From assembly GCF_006345805.1 (NCBI RefSeq), contig NC_043008.1, forward strand, positions 73,346,001-73,410,000: a DNA stretch of 64,000 bases, given 5' to 3'. Made by a program: the position numbers and the translations under genes. The notes beneath the pieces are model-generated. The model was not told the origin of the DNA and searched no databases. It worked only from the letters and a program-made list of their open reading frames with translations. This DNA is from Octopus sinensis. Its lineage: Eukaryota. Of the stretch, positions 29,362 to 43,479 are shown piece after piece. Position 1 is the first letter of the stretch; every line of letters begins with the position of its first letter.

Positions 29362-30233
29362 ATACCTTTTCAATTCTGAAGCCAGGACCACAGATCTTTC
29401 TACTTAACTAAATATTCTGAAACTTCGTATGCCGATAGAGTCTAGCAAAACAAGACACAGGTTGGAACTAGTTTATTTGAGAAAAATCTATTTTATGACT
29501 TTAATCGTAGATTAAAACTGCGAATTTTAACCAATCAGATTGTTTGTTTTCATGTGTAAAACTTGACTGCATTCTATTAGTGTGATGTAGAAAGCGCTTT
29601 TGTGACGTACTAACGTTCGGAAAACTGTAAACAAACACAGAACGTAACGGCAGACGAAATACGGCTACGCATTTCGCCCGGCGTGCTAACGTTTCTGCCA
29701 GCTCTTTGCTTTTTTAATATTAAATTTCTTGCCTTTTGCACAAATAAATACAATAAGTGAAATGAAACGCATTAGCTTAGAAACGAAATCTTGTTAGAAG
29801 CCTCGTCACTGAGATGCCACTTCTTAATAGCAAACGAAAGCAAGTACTAACAGAATGGAAACATTTTCAATTTAATACATGTGGCTTATTAACTAGTTTT
29901 AAATATTGTTATTAGAAGGTGGCTGACTATAGGATCCTGGAAACATGAGTACGTTAAATAATTAGAAGGATGCGCTTGTTTACATTTAAGATGTTTAATA
30001 CGTCACGAAATTGGTGGTCGAGACGGAGTAAATAAAATAAAGCCGAATGACGGAATATCATTGGTTAAAATTCTAATTATTAAACAACGTTAAACTTAGA
30101 AGTTACAATTCCGTTTTCATTCTGGTTTACAATTAAGTTTACTTTTGACACATTCTACCAGTATACGAAGTTTCAAATTGTTTGGTTCAGTAGGAAAAAT
30201 TTGAAAAAACTGGCTTCAGAATAGAAAAGATCC
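29362..30233. mobile_element. Diverged second member of the 24248 MITE family
   Basis: Right end shares CATTCTACCAGTATACGAAGTTTCAAAT...GAAAAGATCC; left end is a degenerate reverse complement. Confidence 0.65.
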
Positions 30234-30414
30234 CACTGCGTCAATTGTCCATCTTGTAGGTAGCTGTAGTCATTAGTAGTTACTATTACCTGGATAAAAG
30301 ATAAAGGCGAGAAAGTAAAAGAATTTACATGTCTAAGTTACTGAGTAGGGAGGCTAAGAAAAACATGTTATCTTTTGAGTAAAGAGAAAGCGAGATCGGG
30401 ATGTTATCTTTTGT

Positions 30415-30625
30415 TTTTCTACACTAGGCACAAGGCCCGAAAATTTTGGCAAGAGGGACATTCAATTAATCGACCCCAGTATGCAACTGGTACTTTATTT
30501 ATCGACCCCGAAAGAATGAAAAGCCAAGTCGATCTCGGTGGAACTTGAACTCAGAACATAAAGACAGACGAAATACTGCTAAGCATTTCGCCCGGCATGC
30601 GAGCGTTTCTGCCAGTTTGTCGCAT
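30415..30625 (-). mobile_element. SINE family B
   Basis: Reverse-complement homolog of the 25871 copy. Confidence 0.8.
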
Positions 30626-31299
30626 TAGGGCTGTTATTTTGTGATTGTGCTAAGGAAAGCCGGCAAGCATGTACCTCTGCCAAAGATACTGAGTAAAAGA
30701 GGAAGAATTCTATTTAGTGTTCTGTATTTATGGTAATTTCCTAGATGAAGTAGATCAGAGAAAAAAGTATTTTTCAGGGCTTATCAAGGTTGAACTGCAT
30801 TTCACCTCAGATGTTAAGAAAATGGATAAGGCTTATCTATTTTAAATAGAGTTTGAAACATGATAGTCAGGAAGTTGACAGCTGACTCTCATAAATCTCT
30901 GAGTGCATTTCGAAAGGACAAAAGAAAGAAGCTGGCAGAAACATTCAGACTGTGGTTTCCATTCTGCTATGTCTTGAGAGAGAAGCACAATGGGCCAAAA
31001 GTGACATGAGGGGTGTTGACATGATGCTATATAATCTGCCATGCAGCTGATAGGCAAGTACTTATTTATTTATCAAAATGGGCCACATATAATAGTAACT
31101 GGGATATCATCATCATTTAACGGCCGCTTTCCATGATGGCATGGGTTTTGAATTAGTACAATATGTGAATAAATTAAGGGAAAGTTAAGAAATAGCTTAC
31201 TCATATAAGCTGGATTTTCTTCTTATTTTATTCTGGAAAAGCTTCCCTGCCTCCATCATTTGTAAGTGCATTGTGCAAAGCAAAATTTTAAAAATCCCA

Positions 31300-31730
31300 G
31301 TGCAAATGGAGGACATCCAGTTTATGTGGGGGAGCTATTCTGTAACTCTGCCAAAATTAATAGTTAAAAATGTTTGTTAACTGAATTCAGACTTATGAGG
31401 TTAAAAAGAGTTTTAATTTCCTTCATTTGATCCCAACTAGTTGATGCAGCAACCAAAAATTTTATGCTCGACTTCAAATTGCATAAATCAACCAACCTCA
31501 TCAGTTAGTCATGAGCGCAAGACAGATTTATTTACTTTCATTGCTGAGAAAAGCTGCTTACAAACGTATGTTCTTCCAAAAATTGACAGTCTGCAATGTG
31601 ATAAATAATTTGAGAAATTTCTCACATGAAAGTAACTGATAGAAATCAGGAACACCACCCACTGCCTATTTCTTGCATTGAAACTCCACAAACTCCATCT
31701 GAAATTCTTCAGAAACAGTATCAACGTCAA
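31300..31730 (-). pseudogene. hAT (SPIN/GTF2IRD2-like) transposase C-terminal fragment
   Basis: LSIFGRTYVCKQLFSAMKVNKSVLRS, the hAT dimerisation-domain motif. Confidence 0.75.
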
Positions 31731-32199
31731 TGATCAGTAGAATAGCAAATTACCTTTCTTATAAGACTTGAAAATGCTGGTTAAACTACATATGGTTCTA
31801 AAATCATATCAGCACATTCTTTCAAGGCCTAGGTGTACCGTCTGTTTCGACTATCACTATAGCTTTAGTTAAGCTACATGAATAATATGGTTGACAAATA
31901 CAGATATGAGTTTGGTTATTATTAGATGAAGCATAGACGTGGCTAGTAATAAAGGGAAGATAAAGCTGCAAAGCATCTTGGTAATTTCTTTCCTGCAGAG
32001 TTAAGAAATAGGTCGTCCGCCTATGTCCAATGTTTCTGTCCCACAGTTTTCCATTAAACCAAAACATTTTCGAGTCGGAGCTGGGGAGTTTTGGACACCT
32101 GTCTGTTTGTGTTATTGTCTGTGTCAAAAGGGGCAGGGGAGGGTTAGTGACTGTAGGGGGTGTGACAGCATGGGATTGGGTTGTATCAATTATCCCTAT

Positions 32200-32657
32200 A
32201 TTTTAATGAGGTTTATTAGAATTTAAATAATAAACTATCATTTATAAAATAAATATGTTTTCTTAAACTTATGGGTAAAATTCATATTAAAATTAGAGGT
32301 CAAATTCAACAATTTAAGTCTAGATGTAAGTATCAAAAATAGTTCATCCAGACATAAATTGCACCTATCATTACCAAAGGAGTAAGGTTTTGCATATCCA
32401 ATTATCGAACATTTAATTTCATAATCAAATGTTCTTTTCCTTCAGTCCCAATATATATTTACTAAGTTTAGTAGATTCACTTCTTTTAATACGAAAATCT
32501 GAACAATGATTATTTTTGTGATTTAAATTTATTAGAAGTACATCCAATGTAATAAACCGTTTCACCTTTAGTTCTTATCTCAGGTCTATATACTAAATTC
32601 TTTTCTAGACACAACCCATTTAGCCGACATTTAGCTATATCTCTACAATTACAATTA

Positions 32658-32695
<38 letters not shown>

Positions 32696-34760
32696 CATCA
32701 TCTTCGTCATCATTATCATTATTGCTACTACTACTGCTACAACCATTATCACCATCATTTCTACCCCTATTATCAGGTTCATTGATATTAATTTCATTAT
32801 CATTATTATCATTATCATAATTATTGCTATTATCATTATATTAATATTACTATAGGTTCGGTAAACCCTATGATCAAGTAAATAATATAAAGTATTACGT
32901 TTATTATTGATGTTACTATTACTATTCATATTGTTGTTAATAACATCATTATGTTGAGGTCCAATGCCATGTTCGTTTGTTGTAAAAGGATTACTACTAG
33001 TAGAACTGTTACCATTATAAAATTCATTAAACTTAATTTTATTATGTGCAGCAATAATCTGTGCTAAACTTCTACATGTAGAATACGAGATTCTAATTGT
33101 TCTTTTCTTAAATTTACTATGATATTTATGGCTATTTTCAAAATGTTTGTTAACCAAGCTATACAATCTTATTACTATTACTTTTTAACTTATTGCTTGT
33201 TGCTAGAATAACTATGTTTATTCATATCATTTTTATCCAAGCTATTATTAGTCTGATCATATTTATTTTTTATATTTATCTATTTTTTATTTTCATTTAT
33301 ATTTCTGTTTTTATTTTCTGTATTATAAAAATGTTTACGAAACCAAATTTTCTTATTCCTCTTTTTATCATTATAATTTTTATAATTGAAAGTTGCAAAC
33401 ATGGTGTTCCCAATTGAAGGTGTTTCAGTATTATTTACATTAGGTATATACTTAATTTTCTCTTTGTATCCAGCTCTCATGAGAGCATAGTTATAATGAT
33501 CACAATTATTAAGGAAAATTGTCTCATTAGATGATAATTTGGATAATCTTATGGATATATTCTTTACTAAAGATTTACTTTTATTCCTTGGTTGATCAGG
33601 ATAATAGCTTATATACCTTAAATTTTCATTAGTCTTATGGAAAAGAACAAAAATCCCTGTATGCAAATCCAATGTTACACCCAGAAAATTAGCTACAGTA
33701 AACTCATTTACAATACTAATAGAAAGGCCATATCTAGCGAAAAATGCATGAAGATCCTTTTTATAAATATTTAACTGTCTTAAGTTACATTTTCTCACAA
33801 TAAATAGAACATCATCACGATAAATACAACTTTTAAGGTTAACAAATTCATGGTGTAGTTCACTTAAAAGATATATACCTACAAGGTCAGTAACTTGAGT
33901 GGAGTCACTTGAAACCCATTGTTATATCAAAATGGTTATATCTATGTTTTTAACCTAATAGCTGCCCAAAATCTCAGTGATAGATTTACGAGCACCTACG
34001 ATAATATCAATTTCTTTCCAAGAAAGATTAGAATGATGCATTCCGAAAATTAAAGCCTTATTTAAAATTGTAGGGTTAATGGAAGATAACATCTACCTAT
34101 ATCAAATCGAATAAACTTTTGCCTAACTCTTTCCTCGATTGATCTAAACCAATCGATGACCATAGAAGAACCATCCCAAAGTTCCAACGTAACAGGATCC
34201 TTGATTACTGGTATGTACTTTTTCCAAGATGAATTTACTAATCCTTCCAATGTCTAAACTAGATGGACATATCAAATGGACTAAAGGTGAAGTTATAAAG
34301 TTGGGTTTATGATCTTTCAATGTAATCCTTGGTGATCTTGGGTGGTATGGTTCAGTACTGTCATCCAAATTCATCTCTTCCGTAATTCTTTTCGTTTGTC
34401 AGTTAATTTTCCTGCGAGTTTGAATGTTAGTTTTCTTATAATTTTTCATTATTTCCTTTCTTAGTTGTATAAGTATTACAATCCATATTGTAAATATTTC
34501 CAGTTTTCTCCACCTGTACCAAAATTCCTTTACTCCTTTTAAAGGAGTTTGTTAATATATTAATTTCCTGCAAGTTCTTATTACTTCTCAGTGGGTATTT
34601 TAAAAATTTTATATCTCGAATCTTTTCCCAGATGTCCTTTTCAAAATCAGCAAGAAGTGCATAAAATGGGGCAATTCTTCTTGTACGGAATATCTTTTTG
34701 ACTTCTTTGAGTTGATCTGTAATATTATCATTTGATTCATGATCAAAATGAAATGCTCTC
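32200..34760 (-). pseudogene. Naiad-clade Penelope-like retroelement, frameshifted RT-thumb-GIY-YIG
   Basis: ITLKDHKPNF..P.V.LI.P...DIGRISK.IL, VIDWF, KFIRFDI, YRDD, NFLGVTLDL, SIRLSKLSSNETIF, TIRISYST, CNCR...C.LNGLCL..NLVY, YYIGCT...FK. Confidence 0.85.
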
Positions 34761-34829
34761 CATCTCAATATATGTATGAAGGTATACATATAAATATTTA
34801 CACACACATCTATACATTTATATATACAC

Positions 34830-35765
34830 CAACATTGCTATACCAATGGGATAATAGCAGCACTATGATAGATTGTTTATGTTTTATGAATGTGAAGGAT
34901 AAGAACGTGGCCAGAATTACAGTTTGATATTATAAAACTTTATCCCTCAATATCGAAATCTCTGCTTGGTAGGGCAATTAAGTTCGGAAAAACATATGTG
35001 GATATAGACCACATAGATCTGGATTCTATCATTATTGTAAGAAAAGTACTTCTATTAAGTAAGGGCTCAACATGAGTTAAAAAATGTAATACAGATAAAA
35101 CTTTCGATGTATCAATGATACCGTATGACAATGCGAATATCTGCGAACTGGTAGGTCTGTTTATATTAAATACACTGAGATCCAAGTTCCCAACCGCCAT
35201 CGATGAATTTGGAATATCTCGTGGCTGTGGTGGTCACACTCTCAATAAATTTAGGGAAAGTTTCATTGGTACAGTTAGTCGATTAGGTCTCAAAATCAGT
35301 TACAACTAATCTTTCAAAAGTCAATTTTCTAGATCCTTTCCTAGATCTAAATTCCTGCTCTCATAAAGCATGCCATAAGCTAAACGGGAAGCTCTCCTAC
35401 ATATATAAACAGGTCTGCCACCGCCTCACCACCAATAGTGTTTAAAATCCTGATAGTTAACATTAGAAATATGATATCTAATCTCATTGTTCTAAAGAAA
35501 TATTTGATAAGGCAGCCCCCACTATAACAATGTCCTAGTTAATAAGGGCTTCATAGATGTGGTATATAACAACCCTTAATGTAAAATATATACGTACACA
35601 TGTACATACATGTATGTATTAGTATGTATATATATATATATATATACATACACAAATAATATAGGTGGATAATTCGCAAATAGACATAGTAAAATAATAT
35701 GGTTTGCCCCCTCCTCATTTCTCCCTAAATGTTAAAAGTGACAGACAAGAAAATTCCTGTTTCCT
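34830..35765 (+). pseudogene. Naiad-like RT fragment, opposite orientation to the 32-34 kb copy
   Basis: FDI.NFYPSI, FDVSMIPYDNANICELVGLFIL, KIIWFAPP. Confidence 0.7.
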
Positions 35766-36299
35766 TTTAACAAATGCAAAAATATAGACAATTTTTTTTG
35801 GCAAACTGGAGGTCACCACCTTATCCAGAGAGAGCAACTGTCATGCAGGCTTTATCCTCGTCTCCATTGAATCATTCTACTACATCATGACGTTGCAGTC
35901 GAAGGGGACATAACTCTAATTGTTTTCATTTGTTTGCTATGCCTTTTCCGTTCTAATTAACTAAACCGTCCACATTTTGCATTTACCGTCTCCTCATTTT
36001 TCTTGTGATTTCTCTTTTACCAGCGTCCTCTTATGTAAATTGAATATACCATGTGCTCAGAACCAGAGGGTTGCTTGGAAGCACAATGTGTGTTATAAAA
36101 ACCTGCCTAGACAGATGTCGCCAATGCAAGAAACTATTACTAGTTCGCATCTTTACATTGTATACATTAAATGATGCACACACACACACACACACACACT
36201 TGCATATTTATATATACATCTACATAGTTATGAAAAAGTCATTCTGTGATAAATAGAGTGAGCTTACTCATGTTTGGCAAATTTGATATTTCAGCGAAA

Positions 36300-37230
36300 A
36301 CATCATTTTCACAGTACAGGTGAATAACTGAACACTAAAGTTTCTTTTTATCTTTCAATGAATTACTTCTCCCACCTCCCTGGTAGTGAATAGAGCACCA
36401 AGAAAACTTTACCTCCCCTGATGGTTTATCATCTATAGAAGTAATTCCAATTTTATTTCACTTTCTTCTTTCTGAATGTAATTAATATACTTTTGAAAAT
36501 GTCTGAAAATTACACAGATGTACTATGTATCTGCTAAAATATTTATCTAAATATGTAGTTCTCCAAAATTTAATACCTATTTCTCTGTGTATCTAACATT
36601 TCTAGATGCGATTGGCTAGTATAGTGAAACTCCTCATTTTGATGAGTTTGAAGAATGTACCCTGATTATAAAATTTTCCATCGAAGTTGCTGATAACATA
36701 TCTGTAAAATATTTCTTTTGAACTCACTGGTGAGGTTATTTTCTGCTTCATAAAATATTGATTTCATGGTGCATTACTAGAGGCAAGTGTCTGACCTCTT
36801 TCATGAACAACCTGGATTATCATGTTGGTTGTGAATACATTCGTACTGGAAAAGCAATTGTAGCTGATTTATGTGGAATACCTCTTCAAAATTGTCCTCT
36901 ATAAACATGACTAAGACATACTTAGAGACATCTAGAAAGCCAGCTGCTACACTGTTCATAATATTCAAAGGGAAAATGAAAGCCAGGTGATTTTTTAAAG
37001 TTTATTCTTAGATTCATAGGGTCAGTTATATATAATACAGGAAATTTTCTTCCTGAAGCTACATTCTACTCATGCATTGTTGTAGAAATCAGTAGTCCCA
37101 TCAAAATTTCTTTCGTTTGTGAAATGTTATAGATTTTACTACATTAGAGATAAGTTTTCTTGATATACTGATGTGGTAGGAATGTTTTATAAAAGACTGA
37201 CTCTTTATAGAAGTGTACGTTTTTTGTTGC
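36300..37230 (-). pseudogene. Decayed hAT (Buster/Charlie-like) transposase
   Basis: Remnants resembling DESTD, H...LAS and RWLSRG.V. Confidence 0.4.
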
Positions 37231-37602
37231 TTAATATTCAACTCACCTGAGCTCATGCACCTTCTTATCAGGAGTTCCTCAACGTTGAATTTGTCTAAAT
37301 CTAGCTCTAACCATATTTCTCATACAGCTGAATCAACTGAAGGCTGATACTGTTAGTTCACTGATGATCACATCTTATTCTTTTGTTTATATTTTTCACT
37401 ACTATTTACTTATTAAAACTATTTCTATTTTGGCTGGCTTTATTACATTCTAGCTAGATCTATTTGTGAAATCAGATTTGTGATGTTTGGATGTTATCAA
37501 GGATGTCTCCTCTGTTTTCTAACTTTATAAATTATCGTTATAAGGCTTAGTGTTTGTTGATATATATATATATATATATAAAAACATGATGCGAAGGATT
37601 CA

Positions 37603-37680
37603 GCGGTACATATGTTTCGGGCCTTTATTAGACAGATTTATAACAATGCATAATGTATGTCTGTGGCCTTCTTCAGCCGC
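37603..37680 (-). ncRNA. Minimal type-I hammerhead ribozyme (inverted copy of 40088-40165)
   Basis: Reverse complement of the same motif. Confidence 0.85.
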
Positions 37681-40087
37681 GCACCACAGCTTCCACAAGG
37701 ACATGTGTTACATCAAAAATTCTTGGTTGGGGATGCAAATCCTCTCATTCACGTACGACATAATGCGGCAGCAGCATAGAGTTGAAGCGTCCATCTCTTT
37801 CTTCTCTCATGTAGAATGAGGAAAATTGGATGTTGAGGTAATGTAAATAAATAAATACATATATAGAGGTGAAGATGGAGGGGGCGAGAGTTCGGGACGA
37901 GGGATGAAAAATGTATAAAAAGTGTAAGTATAGAATAATATAAAAATGTAGAGGATAAAGGTGTAAGTAGATGTAAGGGGGTATATAGAAATATAAAGTA
38001 AAAATAGAAATAGAAATACAAGTAAAAAAACCTGATAAAAACATGATAAAAGTGTAAAAGAATGTGAAGATAAGGGATGTATAGAGGTTATGGACCAAGC
38101 ATGGTGGTCAGGAGATTGATAAAATTTAGTTGTAGAATTGTCAGTACATCAACAGTTTCGTCTGGGGACTTAATGCGTTGTAAATCAAGCTATGAGCATT
38201 TAATCTGGTTCTTGAATTAAATGGACTTCTAGTACATACATATCATCATGGATATACAAACCCCCAAAATTTGTATATATAGGGGGAAAATGGCAGGGAA
38301 ACCTATATGCACGTACACCCCAACCCCCCACACACACACACACATGCACATTTACATATATATGTATATGTAACATACGTACACGTATGTGCACATACAT
38401 ACGCACACACACACGTGTGTGCGTATGTATGTGCCAGTTTTCCCCCTGCTGTTTTCCCCCTATATATACAATTTTTGTCTCCCATGTATGACTTCTTTTC
38501 CTAAATATTTCTTCTCCTACACCCATATCCTCCCTATGTAGTCTCTTTAATCCCCTATATCTTATACCCTTTCACATTTCTAACTCGATGTTGAACGCAC
38601 AACCGCCAACTCCACTTCCCACCCTTCCAATTTTCAGTTCCCCCCGCCTGCCCTACGTTAAACACACACCTCTAACTTTCAACCACCTTCATCTCATGTT
38701 AAACTTTACAAAATTATATTTTTATCTTATTTTATTTTTATTTTTATTTTTTCTTTTATTTTTACTTTTATCCTACTTCCATTTATTTTATATTTTTATT
38801 TTAATTTTATTTTTACTTTTATTCTACTTCCATTTATTCTCATTTTCATTTTCATCCCTTACCTTAACTCTTATAATTTTTATAATTCTTATACTTCATT
38901 CTAACATTGTATTTCTTATTTTATACTGTATTTTTTATTTCTAATCTTTACCCTTACCCTCATTCTTACCCCTAACTTATCGCTTTACACCTCTATATAT
39001 GTTTATTTACTTACCTATGGATCCACCTTTTGAATATACGAGCGTCCGCGTACGTGTGTATACGCATACATACATATGCACGCGCATATATATGTACATG
39101 CATACTTCGATATCTTATAGCTATATCCATGTGCGCGTGTCTCTCTGTGTGTGTATATGAGTGTATATGTGCACGCACATACGGACACACAGCCGTGTGT
39201 GCGTGCGCGTATTGACATGAGTACGGGATTCTTTACATACGTTCTTATACACATCCTTTAATATCTTATACCTGGACCTAGAGGCGTGGGCATATACGTG
39301 TGTGTATGGAGTGATGGGCGCGCGTATATACATGTGAGCGTGTACGCGCGTAATGTCCGTGTATATATGCGGATATTCTGTTGTATGTATGTGTGTGTAC
39401 GCGCGTGCGTGTGGGTGCGTGTGTGTTTATGTACGTGTTTACATGCGAGTGCGTGTGTATGCTTATAGGCTTGGAGGCGTATATGTACGCGTGTATGTGG
39501 GTGTATATATCCATGATGATATGTATGTACTAGAAGTCCATTTAATTCAAGGAACCAGATTAAATGCTCATCAGCTCTGATTTACAACGCATTAAGTCCC
39601 CAGACGAAACTGTTGATGTACTGACAATTCTACAACTAAATTTTATCAATCTCCTGACCACCATGCTTGGTCCATAACCTCTATACATCCCTTATCTTTA
39701 CATTCTTTTACACTTTTATCATGTTTTTATCAGGTTTTTTTACTTTTATTTCTATTTCTATTTTTACTTTATATTTCTTTATACCCCCTTTACATCTACT
39801 TACAACCCTTTATCCTCTACATTTTTATATTATTCTATACTTACACTTTTTATACATTTTTTATCCCTCGTCCCGAACTCTCGCCCCTCCATCTTCACCT
39901 CTATATATGTATTTATTTATTTACATTACCTCAACATCCAATTTTCCTCATTCTACATTGAGAGAAGAAAGAGATGGACGCTTCAACTCTATGCTGCTGC
40001 CGCATTATGTCGTACGTGAATGAGAGGATTTGCATCCCCAACCAAGAATTTTTGATGTAACACATGTCCTTGTGGAAGCTGTGGTGC

Positions 40088-40165
40088 GCGGCTGAAGAAG
40101 GCCACAGACATACATTATGCATTGTTATAAATCTGTCTAATAAAGGCCCGAAACATATGTACCGC
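40088..40165 (+). ncRNA. Minimal type-I hammerhead ribozyme, core intact
   Basis: GCGG-CTGAAGA-AGGCC...GGCCC-GAAAC-ATAT-GTA-CCGC; stem I GCGG/CCGC; palindromic stem III ACATATGT; GUA cleavage triplet. Confidence 0.85.
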
Positions 40166-40273
40166 TGAATCCTTCGCATCATGTTTTTATTTTTATTTTG
40201 ATCAATTTACTCCACCACCTACACCACCAAACCGTATACACAGGTGCTTATAATTATCAAGTACTCACCCCGA

Positions 40274-40330
<57 letters not shown>

Positions 40331-41563
40331 AATCATTTATCCAGGTATCATAAGTTTGCTAAATTTATCACCACCTCCCATCATAGATGCTATCCATCTT
40401 AACTCAAAACACAAATTTATTACCAGATAGCTCTGCTCAATCTATGCACGTATACTTACATATACACACATTGTGAACTAAATGAAATGAGTAAATCAAT
40501 GGTATAAATTCATCTAATCCAAGTTCGAGGTGATTTACTAATATATATAAGCATTCATAAAGAAATAGAAATTTATGCTTTAGGTAGAGAAGCAGCGCTA
40601 AAGCATAGCCATAACTATTCACAACTTTGAAAAAGAAGGAGAGATAAGTTTCAGAAATTAAGAATTAATTACACAGTAAATTGAATTTTCAAGATAAATG
40701 TGAAAATGGGATCTTTGTCACGTGCAGTGGGAGTGAGAAGAGTGGAAAGGTTTTTTAGCCAGGATAATTTGTATAATGACAAAAATTTGATAAAAGCAAT
40801 GCACACGCACACACACACACACACACAAATGCAAGACCACATCACACTACACACCACACACACACATATATTTATGTATATATTTATTTGTATATAATAT
40901 CTGTGAATGAGTTATGTCTAGTTAATATAACATATACATCAATCAGAAACACTTAAAGAAATACACAAAGACAAGTACACACAGATCCTTCTCCCCTTCC
41001 CCCCACCCATTTATACATTTATACATACATACATACTATACATACATATATACACATTTTGATCTAGATGCAACTTATTTGAGTAGAGATACACATATTT
41101 ATTCACACTTGTATAAATGCTGCCTTGATATTCCTTATGTGCATATATATGTATACACTTGAATGTATGTATATTTATATCTAAGTTTATGTGTGTGTGT
41201 GTGTGGAGAGGGTAAGTGTAGGCTTGGTAGAATATGCAAGAGAAATTGAACTCAATACATAAGTAAATATACATTTGTATTACTTTTAATCAACAGAAAG
41301 TTGAAACAGAGACTGGAGGACTGAAAGTTATATATTGCATACATACAGCATACATATACATACATGTGTGTGTGTGTATGTTTGTATACACACACATACA
41401 CACACACATGCACATACATATGTATGTATATAATTATAGAATTGTGTACTTAACTTCAAATATTTACAGTTAAAACAATTGTTAATGTACTAAGTGACCT
41501 GTAAGATGATGAAAAGTAAAACATTCTGCAAAAAGACATTATAGTTATGTGAAAAGAAAACCT

Positions 41564-41564
<1 letters not shown>

Positions 41565-41594
<30 letters not shown>

Positions 41595-41708
41595 GGCATA
41601 CATATATATATAAATAGATGTATATAGAAATAGGTGTATATATATATATATATATATATACATATATATGTATATATAAATATATTTTATATATATAAAT
41701 CTATGTAG

Positions 41709-41746
<38 letters not shown>

Positions 41747-41761
41747 TATATATAATATATA

Positions 41762-41827
<66 letters not shown>

Positions 41828-41865
41828 GTATATATGTATGTGTATATATATATATTTTATATATA
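41565..41865. repeat. Long interrupted (TA)n microsatellite
   Basis: Directly visible. Confidence 0.95.
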
Positions 41866-42364
41866 AAGAGAGAGATGGAAACATATATGTGTTTATGTAG
41901 AACTATATGTATGTGTGTTGCAAAAAACTACTGAATAATTTCCTCATGTTTATTAGCAAAATTCTAAATAAAAATGACAAAGTTAATGAAACAAGTCTGC
42001 TATAATGCCACTAATAATGGTAAGTGTTAGAACCAGTCTGCTAGAAGCGAAGTCATCTCTTAGCAACACCGAGAAAAACATTGAGAAAAATAAGTAGGAG
42101 CAAACACATAAAATGAAAATGATAAAATAGTAAAGGAAAATTATAAAAGAAAAAAATATATATTTCATATACTCCCCTACAGAAAGCACAAAACAAAAAT
42201 ATAAAAAAGACATTTTATATCCATTGAACTGGCAACAATAAATATGAGATTTTGGTGGAGTTTCTTGTAAAAATATTCTAGTTTACATTGCTAGGTTTAC
42301 TGGGGATGAGAATGGTTATGAACCAAGGCAATTTTATTGTTGTATTCATTGTTTTGGTTTGAAC

Positions 42365-42422
<58 letters not shown>

Positions 42423-42526
42423 CAACAACAACAATTGACACACTCACACAAATATATATAATTTCACACCCATATATATGAATAAATAAACATACACCCA
42501 CATAATCATAGACTCCTGCACAAATA

Positions 42527-42557
<31 letters not shown>

Positions 42558-42834
42558 AAGGTTTTTATTGGCTTACAAGTAAGAGAAACGAAAATCATAA
42601 ATGACAACAGAAAGTGGGGTCAAATTATTAGTGTTGAGGTGTTTATGTGGAACGAGGTTTGTATATAAAGATTTTGTTGCTTAACCCTAGGTCAGGCCTG
42701 ATGATCATTTCGAGCTATCCATACAAGACTTTCCCTACGTATTGTATCTAGCAGCACCTGGTCAAAGTAGTTGTGTATATGTGTTATTTAAGGGTTGTAT
42801 TGCTATTTTGGGCAAGTAGAGTGACCCTCTTAAG

Positions 42835-43270
42835 CTAAATTTATTGGTTAGTTATAGCAGTGGTAGTTAACAACTAACGTTGGTAGTAACAACAGAGATT
42901 GATAGTAGCTACACTAGTTATTATTTATGGTTATACTATTTGGTATTGGTAGTTATAGCAGTTAGTGTTGGTGGCTGCCATATTTAGTATTGGTGTTTAT
43001 AGTATTCAGTACTTAAGGGTTATAGTAGTTAGTATTAGTGACTATTGTATTTAATATAGTGTTGATGGTGGTTACAGTGGTAAGTACTAGTTCTTATAGT
43101 ACTTGGTATTAGTGCCTGTAGTTAATATTCAAAGCTACTTTAGTTAGTATTAGTGATTAGAGTTGTTAGCATTGAAAATATAACAATTAATATTTGTAGT
43201 TACAATTCTTAGTATTGGTGGCTATAATAGTATTTGTGGCACTAATAGTATTGGTAGCTTCAGTATTGTT
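42835..43270. repeat. Degenerate minisatellite (TAGTAGTTAGTATTGGTGG-like units)
   Basis: Recurrent TAGTATT(G/A)GTG and TATAGTAGT words. Confidence 0.6.
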
Positions 43271-43479
43271 GATTTTTAAACCCAGCTCAGCACTGATCAG
43301 ACAACCATTTTAAGAAAGACATGCTTGCTTAAATCAGCTTTAACATTTAAAACAATATAATGTGATGTATAGAAATATAGGCTGCTATTTCTTTTGGTTA
43401 TTGAATGGTTATTAGCATATTTTATTTGATACACTTTCTTTCAATTTTATGCTGAAGTCTGATGAAGAAGAAAATTGTC

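Larger units (their letters stand above)
37579..40278. mobile_element. Non-coding PLE-like element with ~680-bp inverted pseudo-LTR arms (37579-38256 / 39505-40190), flanked by (TA)n
   Basis: Arms are near-identical reverse complements and each carries an HHR; no RT/EN ORF in the 1.25-kb spacer. Confidence 0.85.

Noticed and set aside
31830-32045. HHR in the Naiad 3' region (two GAAAC motifs on -)
   Set aside because: The CUGANGA half cannot be recognised; too decayed.
32510-32660. Selenocysteine-encoding Naiad
   Set aside because: The conserved CNCR/CxxxGxC positions are Cys codons, not TGA.
39585-39620. GTC-CCCA-GAC-GAAAC as an extra hammerhead
   Set aside because: No CUGANGA core upstream and no stem III/NUH.
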